The position numbers and the translations under genes are program-made. The notes under the pieces are model-generated. The model was not told where the DNA came from. It ran no database searches and saw nothing but the letters and a program-made list of their open reading frames with translations. A stretch of DNA of 64,000 nucleotides, from the IMG/VR virus record IMGVR_UViG_3300031857_023573, positions 1-64,000 of that record; one strand, 5' to 3'. The stretch comes from a virus (lineage: Duplodnaviria > Caudoviricetes). Shown here piece after piece: positions 8,851 to 17,611 of the stretch (its first letter is position 1; each line of letters opens with the position of its first letter).

Positions 8851-10089
8851 ATGATTTTAGAAAAGAAAATTTGCCTATCAAGTAGAATGCTGAAAGTCTC
8901 ACCAAGACACAAAAAGCAAGCATTGCAATTTTTACCAGATTGTCTACTTGAGATTTCAAAACAAAAATACTTCAATTACAAAGAGCAGAAACTCAAATCT
9001 GCCTATCTTATCGACCTTGTTCACAATCTGATTTTAAAATATTACTTTAAGAAAGAAAATTCATTCTCTCTTTCTGCTATGATATTAAAAGATAAATATG
9101 GATACCTTTATAACTATTATATTAATTACTTAAAGGATTTAAATATTATTAAACTTCAAAAAAATTATTTAAAAGGATCTAACGCAAGAGTCTATTCTTT
9201 GAATGATGATATACTTATAAATAAAATTCACAGATTCAATAATGAGGATAAAGTTTTGATAAAAAAGTATATTACAAAACACTTACAGTTTGAGCTTGAT
9301 AAAAATAATATAATCAAAAAGTACATAAAAGAGAAACTAATAGAACATCTATTTCATGTTGAGATTGATTATTCTCGTTCAATATTTTTTCTAGACTCTT
9401 TAAAGAATGATGATATAGATATATACAATCGAAATAAGTACTCTGTTGAGACAATTAATCAAAAGAATATATTTTACCATTTTGACTCATACGGTAGAAT
9501 GCACACAAATTTTACAATATTAAAGTCATTTATAAGAAAAAATTGTCTTCTTATTGATGGGGAAGAAACTTGTGAGATTGATATTAAAAATAGTCAACCG
9601 CTATTTTTATCTAAATTGATAAAAGATGCTGACTCTAGATGGATTGACGAAAATGAGTTCAATTTGTTTAATATACTTGTTAAAAACGGTAATTTTTATC
9701 AATATTTGATTGATAATTTGAATCTCGTAAGTAAAGAGGATGCAAAAAATTTAACATATAAAGTTCTTTTTGGTCAAAATAGACCGAACTCTAAATCCGA
9801 TATTAACTTTATCAAGTTATTTCCAACAATTCATAATTTTATAAAAATATACAAAAAAGAAAAGAAAGATTATAAAATATTAGCTCATGATCTACAAAAA
9901 GCTGAGTCTAATTTAATTTTTAATCAGATAATTAAAAAGATATCAGATGAAAATCCAGATATAAGAGTAATCACGGTACACGATTCTATAATTGTTCAAA
10001 AAAAATGGAAAGATTTAGTATCGACTATCTTTTTTGATGAGATTTATAATCATTTTAGTATAACTTCTAATCAAGAAATCAATATATAA
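8851..10089 (+). CDS. Family-A polymerase-like protein (palm/fingers only, no exonuclease), probable N-terminal winged HTH
   Basis: YGRMHT, EIDIKNSQP (motif A), KEDAKNLTYKVLFG (motif B), LQKAES, TVHDSII (motif C). Confidence 0.7.
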   Translation: MILEKKICLSSRMLKVSPRHKKQALQFLPDCLLEISKQKYFNYKEQKLKSAYLIDLVHNLILKYYFKKENSFSLSAMILKDKYGYLYNYYINYLKDLNIIKLQKNYLKGSNARVYSLNDDILINKIHRFNNEDKVLIKKYITKHLQFELDKNNIIKKYIKEKLIEHLFHVEIDYSRSIFFLDSLKNDDIDIYNRNKYSVETINQKNIFYHFDSYGRMHTNFTILKSFIRKNCLLIDGEETCEIDIKNSQPLFLSKLIKDADSRWIDENEFNLFNILVKNGNFYQYLIDNLNLVSKEDAKNLTYKVLFGQNRPNSKSDINFIKLFPTIHNFIKIYKKEKKDYKILAHDLQKAESNLIFNQIIKKISDENPDIRVITVHDSIIVQKKWKDLVSTIFFDEIYNHFSITSNQEINI

Positions 10090-10092
10090 ATT

Positions 10093-10251
10093 ATGAACAC
10101 ATACTTTCTAAAAATAAATGAAAGTGACAAAGAAAGTCTCTTAAAATGTCAAAGTGAAAGCTATGAAGAGGCTTGTGAATATTTTTCTTCGATCAAAAAA
10201 CTAGATATAAAAGATCTTCTTGAAATTTATGTTGTGGTTAGTGGCAATTAA
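10093..10251 (+). CDS. Small hypothetical protein (52 aa, not in ORF track)
   Basis: Hand translation MNTYFLKINESDKESLLKCQSESYEEACEYFSSIKKLDIKDLLEIYVVVSGN; fills the gap between flanking genes. Confidence 0.55.
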   Translation: MNTYFLKINESDKESLLKCQSESYEEACEYFSSIKKLDIKDLLEIYVVVSGN

Positions 10252-10263
10252 TATATAATTAAT

Positions 10264-10800
10264 ATGCTAGACCTTAGAAATTCTGAACTTTCTTATATTT
10301 TAGTGTCAGCTTCTAATCTCAGAAGCTTAAGTTCTTATTTGTATTCGAAGGACTATTATCTAGTTGAAATAAAAGGATACTATGAAGGTATTTTTGAAGA
10401 TTCTGTATTAGCTTTTACTAATCTTGAACCATCTGATTTAAAAGAAGACTGTAAAAATATAATGAATTTTTTTGATCAAGATTGTGTTATTGTAAAATAT
10501 AAAAATCAAAACAACGCTTTTAAGATTTTCAGTGATGGTCAAGAAAAACCTCTTGGAATTCTTTTGTATAATACAGATTCTAAAAACAAGTCTTATATTC
10601 ATGATGGACTTTCTTTTTCATTTGTTGAACAACAATTATATTATTTTCCAAAAGAGAAATCAGACTTTAAAGAAGGTATGGTTGTAGAATTTTTGAATAA
10701 TAATAAATGGGTAGAAAAAAAGGTAGTTGATCCAGTAAATGAGTTTGAAAAGATTTATAAACTCTTAATTAAATACAATAAGATTAGAATACCTGTTTAA
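10264..10800 (+). CDS. Hypothetical protein
   Basis: ORF; TAATATATA at 10249-10257. Confidence 0.7.
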   Translation: MLDLRNSELSYILVSASNLRSLSSYLYSKDYYLVEIKGYYEGIFEDSVLAFTNLEPSDLKEDCKNIMNFFDQDCVIVKYKNQNNAFKIFSDGQEKPLGILLYNTDSKNKSYIHDGLSFSFVEQQLYYFPKEKSDFKEGMVVEFLNNNKWVEKKVVDPVNEFEKIYKLLIKYNKIRIPV

Positions 10801-11711
10801 AAACAGCTTAGATATCTATCTCCTCTATCACATAGAATAGTAACTACAATACCACTTGGATTATATTCTTCGACAAATCTTTCACTAGCTAAAACGTTTG
10901 CACCACTTGATATTCCAACAAAAAGACCAAGTTCTTTTGTAAGTTCAATAGCTCTTTTCTTAGAATCTTCCGTAGATACTGTATAGATTTTATCTACTTT
11001 TTCAAGATCAACTAGAAATTTAGAACCATCACCGATACCTTGTATTCCATGTAGGCCTGGTTCACCACCTGACATTACTGGTGATTCTAGAGGTTCTACC
11101 GCTATTATTTTAGTTTTTGGCGATTCTTTTGAAAATCTTTTTTGACATCCCATAATTGTACCACCTGTTCCAGTTCCACTTACAAAGGCGGATAGTTCTT
11201 TACCTCTAGTTTGATTTAAAATTTCAACAGATGTTCCCTCAAAATGAGCTTTGATGTTTAGACTATTATTAAATTGATTTGTATTGAACCATCCATTTTT
11301 TTCAGATAAATTATCTCTTAATTTAATTGCGCCATCAAAGTCACCGGCTTCAACCTCAATTAGTTCTGCACCGTAATATTTTAATATTTGTTTTCTTTCA
11401 ACTGACATATTACTTGGCATAATTATTTTAATTTTATACCCTCTTTCGGCTGCTAACCATGCTAATGATATTCCAGCATTGCCAGAAGTAGCTTCGACAA
11501 TAGTATCACCTTTTCTTAAAATTCTTTTTTCTTCAGCATTATTAATGATAAATGTTGCCATTCTGTCTTTAAGTGATCCACTTGGATTCAAAAGTTCAGC
11601 TTTGGCCCAGATTTTATCACTAATTTGAATAAGTGGTGTATTACCTACATTATTGGATAGTAGTACTTTAGATTCGACTAAACTATTTATCATACTTATT
11701 GACCATTCCAA
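10797..11711 (-). CDS. cysK: Cysteine synthase (O-acetylserine sulfhydrylase, PLP-dependent)
   Basis: VGNTPLI, KAELLNPSGSLKDR, EATSGNAG, GTGTGGT, HGIQGIG, GISSGAN, DRGDRYLS; true start may be a few codons downstream. Confidence 0.92.
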   Translation of the reverse strand: MEWSISMINSLVESKVLLSNNVGNTPLIQISDKIWAKAELLNPSGSLKDRMATFIINNAEEKRILRKGDTIVEATSGNAGISLAWLAAERGYKIKIIMPSNMSVERKQILKYYGAELIEVEAGDFDGAIKLRDNLSEKNGWFNTNQFNNSLNIKAHFEGTSVEILNQTRGKELSAFVSGTGTGGTIMGCQKRFSKESPKTKIIAVEPLESPVMSGGEPGLHGIQGIGDGSKFLVDLEKVDKIYTVSTEDSKKRAIELTKELGLFVGISSGANVLASERFVEEYNPSGIVVTILCDRGDRYLSCF

Positions 11712-12444
11712 TTTTAGGCAGAGACATGTTACAGTGTTTTCTTAGATCGTCTACACTAAGTACTACAAGATTATTTAACAATTGAAGATTTCTTTGATAC
11801 GGTGCTGGGTCTGGTGCTCCTCTTTCGTGCCACAGATGAAAACAAGTTGTTCCGGACTGCTCATGCCAATTAAGTAACATTTTTGATTTATGTGATTGAA
11901 AATCGTCTTCTCCTCCCCAACCTATAAATTCTTCACACCATCCACCAATTTTATAAATTGCATCCTTTCTATACATAATTATACCACCTGCAAGGCAAAT
12001 TTTCTGAATATCAGTTTCTCCCCTACCTGGTCTATTGATATTTTGAAGAACTGATAAAGGTAGATTTATTTCATTTGGCTCTAAATCTATTACTCTTGAA
12101 TATGGAGAAACACATTCGTAACTTTCAAGAAGCTTTAAAGAATCAATCATTTTTTGAGGATCTAATATGAGATCACAGTCACCAAAAACTATAACTGAAC
12201 TAGTAGCATATTTTAAACCAACATTGAATGCCCAGGCTTTGTTGAATGGCATTTCAGAATATGTGTATATGTATTTGAACCCCTTCAGTGAAAGTCCTGG
12301 TAGTACAGATTTTTTATCTTGTTCTACAATTATAATTTCTACACCACCGAATCCAGAGACCCATTCTAAAACTCTTTTAAGATTTGTTAGTCTATCTGGT
12401 CGGTGTTTATAAGCAACTATGAATGAAAAAGTATGAGCACTCAT
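11683..12444 (-). CDS. Glycosyltransferase (GT2/GT7-like)
   Basis: FIVAYK, IIIVEQD, FNKAWAFNVG, FGDCD (DxD), GGWCEEFIGWGGEDDDF, HLWH. Confidence 0.85.
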   Translation of the reverse strand: MSAHTFSFIVAYKHRPDRLTNLKRVLEWVSGFGGVEIIIVEQDKKSVLPGLSLKGFKYIYTYSEMPFNKAWAFNVGLKYATSSVIVFGDCDLILDPQKMIDSLKLLESYECVSPYSRVIDLEPNEINLPLSVLQNINRPGRGETDIQKICLAGGIIMYRKDAIYKIGGWCEEFIGWGGEDDFQSHKSKMLLNWHEQSGTTCFHLWHERGAPDPAPYQRNLQLLNNLVVLSVDDLRKHCNMSLPKIGMVNKYDK

Positions 12445-12528
12445 TTAAATTTAGTATTTTTTAATTTATATTTTATAATCTTTTAAAGGTTTGTAAATTC
12501 AAAGATATTTTACTATATTTACTAAAGT

Positions 12529-13581
12529 ATGGATATTAAAAACAAATTTTTAGAACTAACTAAACTCACCTACATCTACGGTACAGAACACTTACTTGAA
12601 AATCACTTACCTTCTGGATTTGAAAGGGATCAATTTGGTAACTATTTTTATAAAATTGGTGACTCTCAAACTATGTTTACCTGCCATTTAGATACCGCAA
12701 CTGATAAAGTGCAAAAAGTAAAACATGTTATTAAAGGTAATATAATTTCAACTGACGGTTCCACAATTTTAGGAGCAGATGATAAGGCCGGAATGACTGT
12801 ACTTCTTTATATGATCGAAAAGAATGTACCAGGACTTTATTATTTTTTTGTGGGTGAAGAGGTAGGTTGTATTGGTTCAAACGCTGCATCTGCAATGGAC
12901 TTCTCCTCATATAAGAGGTGCATATCATTTGATAGAAGAGGATATTCATCAATCATAACACATCAACTTGGTGGAAGATGTTGTTCTGATATTTTTGCCA
13001 ATTCTATTTGTAAAGAATTAAAACCTTATAATTTATTTTATGAGCCAGACCCGACTGGAGTCGTGACAGATTCTGCTATGTTTACTAATCAAATTTCAGA
13101 ATGTACTAATATCTCAGTTGGATATTTTAAAGAACACACAAAGTCCGAATATCAAGATATTCTTTATTTGAGAAAACTCGCACAGGCTTGTGTGGAAGTT
13201 GACTGGGAATCACTTCCTTCATTAAGAGAACCTAAAATTAAAGAAGACTTTAGGTCTTGGGGACCTGCAGATGAAGAATTTATTGAAGAAGAGATAGAAG
13301 AATCTGCTAAAATTAAAGTCACAATAAATGACGTAGAGTATCTTGCCACAATAAAAAGTTCAAAAGTTAAAGAAGAGAAGTACTTTATAACCAATTGGAT
13401 CAATAGATCTTCATCATACACTGGGTTCAAAGAAGTTGAATGGGATGGAAAAAGTTGTTATCTCCTATATGATAATTCTTACAAAGAGTATATTGGCGAG
13501 CGTGAAGAGTTAATTCATGTCATTGATAATTTGTGTGATATTTCAATACACGATTTGAATATTATAAAAAAGTTTAAATGA
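12529..13581 (+). CDS. M28/M20-family zinc peptidase-like protein
   Basis: CHLDT, LGADDKAG, GEEVGCIGS, FDRRG, TDSA, NISVGYFKEHT. Confidence 0.8.
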   Translation: MDIKNKFLELTKLTYIYGTEHLLENHLPSGFERDQFGNYFYKIGDSQTMFTCHLDTATDKVQKVKHVIKGNIISTDGSTILGADDKAGMTVLLYMIEKNVPGLYYFFVGEEVGCIGSNAASAMDFSSYKRCISFDRRGYSSIITHQLGGRCCSDIFANSICKELKPYNLFYEPDPTGVVTDSAMFTNQISECTNISVGYFKEHTKSEYQDILYLRKLAQACVEVDWESLPSLREPKIKEDFRSWGPADEEFIEEEIEESAKIKVTINDVEYLATIKSSKVKEEKYFITNWINRSSSYTGFKEVEWDGKSCYLLYDNSYKEYIGEREELIHVIDNLCDISIHDLNIIKKFK

Positions 13582-13764
13582 TTAACCTAGAATCAAACCA
13601 GGATTTTGATATTCTTTTTGAGTTGCAATTTCTAACATCTGAGTTGAGGTGAGTTCTTTTACATTCCAACCCTTTTTCTTTGAATATTCACTAATGAACT
13701 TTTCTCTTAGTAATAACTTTTCATCATCTGATAAAAAATTATTTTTTAAACCACTTTCGATCAT
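13582..13764 (-). CDS. Small hypothetical protein
   Basis: ORF; TAATATATA at 13783-13791. Confidence 0.65.
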   Translation of the reverse strand: MIESGLKNNFLSDDEKLLLREKFISEYSKKKGWNVKELTSTQMLEIATQKEYQNPGLILG

Positions 13765-13854
13765 ATTTTCGATAATTTTTTTTATATATTAAAACCTCAT
13801 TTCCTTTCAAAATTCAACTTTATTTTGATAAAATACTACAATTAAAAATTAAAA

Positions 13855-14199
13855 ATGAAAACTTTTAATAAAAAAAACTTTTTACTTAATCAAAATCTAA
13901 TCTCTAGTCAGAATATTGAGGAAGATGGTGTTACTAAATTATCAAAACTACATCACATTAAGGAGTGTTTTTTTAATCTTGCAGAAAAGTTAGAAGATAA
14001 AAATGAGTTAAAGTCTATTTCTGAAATTGTTACTCAGATAGAATTTCAACTTCAAAACGTTTGGAAATTCAATCAAGACTCAAGTTATCATAAATTCTGG
14101 AAAATCCCAAAATGTAGTTGTCCAAAGATGGATAATGAGGATGTATATGGTACAGGTCATCGATATATAAATTCAAATTGCCTTTATCACGGAAATTAA
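13855..14199 (+). CDS. Hypothetical protein (C-terminal CSCP..C..H)
   Basis: ORF; bipartite promoter-like motif at 13815-13842. Confidence 0.7.
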   Translation: MKTFNKKNFLLNQNLISSQNIEEDGVTKLSKLHHIKECFFNLAEKLEDKNELKSISEIVTQIEFQLQNVWKFNQDSSYHKFWKIPKCSCPKMDNEDVYGTGHRYINSNCLYHGN

Positions 14200-14210
14200 A
14201 ATTTAAAATT

Positions 14211-14996
14211 ATGCCAGAAGCAGCTGAAATTAGAATTATGTCTGAGTTTGTTACTCAAAACTCTACAGGAAAAAACTTTAAGAAACTATATTTTGTAGAA
14301 AAGGGAAACATCCCTTTTGATCAAAATTTTGATAGCTTTACTATAGAATGTGATTTCTACGGAAAACAAATTCAACTAAATTTAAAAGGTTCTACAGATA
14401 TGAACATCTCAATCTTTATGGGTATGAGTGGAAACTGGAAATTAGTACCTACTGAACATTGGAGTGAGACTAAATACATTAGACTTAGAATGGACAGAGA
14501 AGATGGAATGAGTATTTTACTTTATGGTGGATATCTTGGTCCCAAATTTAAAGTTGGTGGATTCAATACTAAAAGAGGTTTTGATATAGTAAAAGATTTT
14601 GATAAATTTAAAGATAACATCGTCAAAAACTTAACAACAAAAGTTTTTGAAAAATCTATTTGTGAAGTTTTATTAGACCAACGATACTTTGACGGCGTTG
14701 GTGCTTATCTATGCTCAGAAATATTAGGTAGGTTAGATATAGATCCTTTTGATAGATTCAATACTTTGAGTAAAAGTCAGTTAGAAGAACTTTTCAATAT
14801 GACAAGATACTGTATAATAGAGGCATATAATTATGGTGGTGGAGAATTAAAAGATTGGCAAAATCCATTCGGTAACTCGAGACTTGATGATTGGATTCAG
14901 TTTTATGGAAACCGTAGAGTTTGTTATAGGCAAGAATTTGGGAAAAGAAATATCTGGATACAGAAAAAGTACAAAAAGGTAACAGTATTAAATTAA
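14211..14996 (+). CDS. Fpg/Nei-family DNA glycosylase/AP lyase
   Basis: Start reassigned to ATG 14211 giving catalytic MPEAAE; FMGMSG; H2TH LLDQRYFDGVGAYLCSEIL; no C4 zinc finger. Confidence 0.88.
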   Translation: MPEAAEIRIMSEFVTQNSTGKNFKKLYFVEKGNIPFDQNFDSFTIECDFYGKQIQLNLKGSTDMNISIFMGMSGNWKLVPTEHWSETKYIRLRMDREDGMSILLYGGYLGPKFKVGGFNTKRGFDIVKDFDKFKDNIVKNLTTKVFEKSICEVLLDQRYFDGVGAYLCSEILGRLDIDPFDRFNTLSKSQLEELFNMTRYCIIEAYNYGGGELKDWQNPFGNSRLDDWIQFYGNRRVCYRQEFGKRNIWIQKKYKKVTVLN

Positions 14997-15034
14997 ACTT
15001 TACTTTAATATACAATTATAAATTGTGGTAGAAT

Positions 15035-15487
15035 ATGGAACTAATTACAACTTATATTTGTAAAACTTCTGATCTAGGAGTTCATGGAAATATGTTCGGT
15101 GGAACAATGGTATCACTAATTGATGACGCTGCTGCTTCTTATGCCTCACAAATTTGTGATACACCAAGAATAGTCACAATTAAAATAGATGAATTAGTTT
15201 TCAAAAAACCAGTCAAAGTAGGAAATATCTTAAAAATTTATGGCAAAGTTATAGAATTTGGAAGAACTTCTGTAACACTTTATGTTGAAGTCAGAAAACA
15301 TAATGTTTATACTGGAGAACAAGATGTTGCAACTCATACAAATATTAAATTTGTTAAAATAGATGATGAGGGTAAAGCTCTCCCGATTCAAAACTATGTC
15401 AAGAAAAGATATAAAGATAGAGTTGAGAAATTTGGCAGAGGTCTACTATCTGTTGATGAATTAAAATCTAATCAAACAGATATTTAA
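15035..15487 (+). CDS. HotDog-fold acyl-CoA thioesterase (YciA-like)
   Basis: DLGVHGNMFGG..LIDDAA, VFKKPVKVG, GRTSVTL, FVKIDDEGK. Confidence 0.88.
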   Translation: MELITTYICKTSDLGVHGNMFGGTMVSLIDDAAASYASQICDTPRIVTIKIDELVFKKPVKVGNILKIYGKVIEFGRTSVTLYVEVRKHNVYTGEQDVATHTNIKFVKIDDEGKALPIQNYVKKRYKDRVEKFGRGLLSVDELKSNQTDI

Positions 15488-15504
15488 AAAATAATCGTAT
15501 TTAA

Positions 15505-16005
15505 ATGAAGGAAATAGAAGAAAATGATGATCCAATTTATCTCTTAATTAGGGAACAAGTCAAGGACATTAGTACTGAAAAGCTTTCTGATCAAGTTGAT
15601 CAAACACCTAGCTATATAGAAACTGAGAAACAACTAGTTTATATTTGGCTTAGATTGTATGTTAAAGATGAAGTTGAAGATATTAAAGAAGGCGACAATA
15701 TTTATATAACCTATTCAGCGACTGGTGAGAAATTACAGTCAAAGTTTATTTGTTTTGGTAAGAAAAACTCAATTCGTGACGCTGAGTCAGAAGATCAGAT
15801 TCAAATGAGTCAAGAAGATGATCCAAAGTGTTTAATACTCATGGTGAATGAAGAAACAATTCAGACCGGTGATGATATTCCTTTTATTCGATCACTTTTT
15901 AAAATTTCTAGACACTATGAGTTTCAAGTTTATAGAAGAGAAGAGCTAATATTTATAAATCAAAGAACTGGTGAGACTATACAGTATTATGATTGTGATT
16001 TTTAA
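15505..16005 (+). CDS. Hypothetical protein
   Basis: ORF upstream of polymerase. Confidence 0.7.
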   Translation: MKEIEENDDPIYLLIREQVKDISTEKLSDQVDQTPSYIETEKQLVYIWLRLYVKDEVEDIKEGDNIYITYSATGEKLQSKFICFGKKNSIRDAESEDQIQMSQEDDPKCLILMVNEETIQTGDDIPFIRSLFKISRHYEFQVYRREELIFINQRTGETIQYYDCDF

Positions 16006-16068
16006 CTTAGCTAATTAGAAACTTTCAGAGTTCTATTGACTATACATGAAACAAAAAAGTAAATCGAA

Positions 16069-17610
16069 GTGCTAGTAGATACTCAATATTTAATCAATAC
16101 AAGAAAGTTAGTAGTTAGTTATGTTGATAAAACCGGTGATATTAAATTAAAATATTATGACTGGCAGAATCCTCTTAAATATGTAACTTGTGAAGATAAT
16201 GACCTTCAAAGACATCCTGATTTTAAGTCTTGGGATGGAAAAAATGTTAAACAGATCGAAGTCAATCATCCTGATAGATACGCAGTTTATGAGTTCTTAG
16301 ATGCTCTGCCGGATAAAGAAAAAGAGGAAATTTTTGAATTCAATCTACCAAAGATTTTTTTCATAGATATTGAGACTGAGATAATCGATGGATTTCCTGA
16401 AGCTGCTGATATCAAAGATCCAAATGGAAATGTCACTAAAGAAGGAGCAGCTACTCAAGTTCTCTCAATTTCAATTGTATATGACGATAAGATAATTCTT
16501 CTTGGATTAAAAGATATGCCTCAAGATATGCAAGATCGTATTTTAAATAATACTAATAAGTATTTTGAGAAATCTAAAGTTGAATATAAATTCAAATACA
16601 TCAAATACGAAGATGAATTTGATATGATGTATAATTTCTTTTACAAGATGGTTCCTAAAATGCCTCTTATTACAGGTTGGAACTTTTTAAACTATGACTG
16701 GCTATACTTAGTAAATAGAGCAAGAAAGATTACAAAGTGGGTTAATGGTAAAGAGATAAAAATAGACCCCGCAGTATCCTCATTCACCAAAAGAATGAAT
16801 AAAGTTTGGTCAACTGAGTATGAAGTTCCCGCTCATAGAATGATTTTTGATTACATGCAACTTTATGAGATCTGTGATACATCTATTAAAGTTAAAGAAA
16901 GTTCTTCGTTGGACTTTGTTTCTAATAAATTAGTTGGAGTGGACAAGATTAAATATACTGGCTCTCTTCAGAAATTATATGAAGATGACTTTGAGACCTT
17001 TATGTACTATAACGCGGTTGACTCTGTTCTTGTTCAGAAAATACATGAGGCTAGAAATTATATTTCAATTATTTTCGCGATTTCTGCCCTTGCTAAAATT
17101 CGTGTAGTTGATATTGTTTCACAAATGAATAATGCTCTTGGTTCACTTGCCATTACAGAGGGAGTCTTGAGGAATAGATTCCGTGACATGGAGAATATCA
17201 TCTTGTTTAAAGATGAAAATGCTGTAAGAGGTAGTGAGTCTGGAATCGCAGGCGGATGGGTTAAAGATCCAGTTGTTGGAATGAACAAGTGGGTTTGCAT
17301 CTACGATTTTGCCTCACTTTATCCCACAACTCAGTTACAGTTTTTCATAGCTCCTGAGACTTTTGTTGGTGTAAAAACTGATCAGGAAAATGATTACTGT
17401 TTTAATGGCAATCAAAGGATCAAAATAGATTCAGAAAAACATGTTGTTTGTGTTAATGGTGTTGTTTTCGAGAAGAGATATTCACCAACTTTAAAAATGC
17501 TTGATGATGTCTATGCAGACAGAAAGAAGAATAAAAAGATTATGATGTCTAAAAAAGAAGAATATAAGGCAGTCATAGATGAAATAAAAAGATTAGAATC
17601 CGAATTATAA
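16069..17610 (+). CDS. Family-B DNA polymerase, N-terminal subunit (3'-5' exonuclease, motif A, first fingers helix); split gene
   Basis: FIDIETE (ExoI), TGWNFLNYD (ExoII), YNAVDS (ExoIII), IYDFASLYPT (motif A); stops after YADRKKNKK helix; no motif B KxxxNSxYG or motif C YxDTDS. Confidence 0.88.
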   Translation: MLVDTQYLINTRKLVVSYVDKTGDIKLKYYDWQNPLKYVTCEDNDLQRHPDFKSWDGKNVKQIEVNHPDRYAVYEFLDALPDKEKEEIFEFNLPKIFFIDIETEIIDGFPEAADIKDPNGNVTKEGAATQVLSISIVYDDKIILLGLKDMPQDMQDRILNNTNKYFEKSKVEYKFKYIKYEDEFDMMYNFFYKMVPKMPLITGWNFLNYDWLYLVNRARKITKWVNGKEIKIDPAVSSFTKRMNKVWSTEYEVPAHRMIFDYMQLYEICDTSIKVKESSSLDFVSNKLVGVDKIKYTGSLQKLYEDDFETFMYYNAVDSVLVQKIHEARNYISIIFAISALAKIRVVDIVSQMNNALGSLAITEGVLRNRFRDMENIILFKDENAVRGSESGIAGGWVKDPVVGMNKWVCIYDFASLYPTTQLQFFIAPETFVGVKTDQENDYCFNGNQRIKIDSEKHVVCVNGVVFEKRYSPTLKMLDDVYADRKKNKKIMMSKKEEYKAVIDEIKRLESEL

Positions 17611-17611
17611 T

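Noticed and set aside
14178-14210. Track start (TTG) of the Fpg/Nei gene
   Set aside because: The enzyme needs an N-terminal Pro; ATG 14211 gives MPEAAE.
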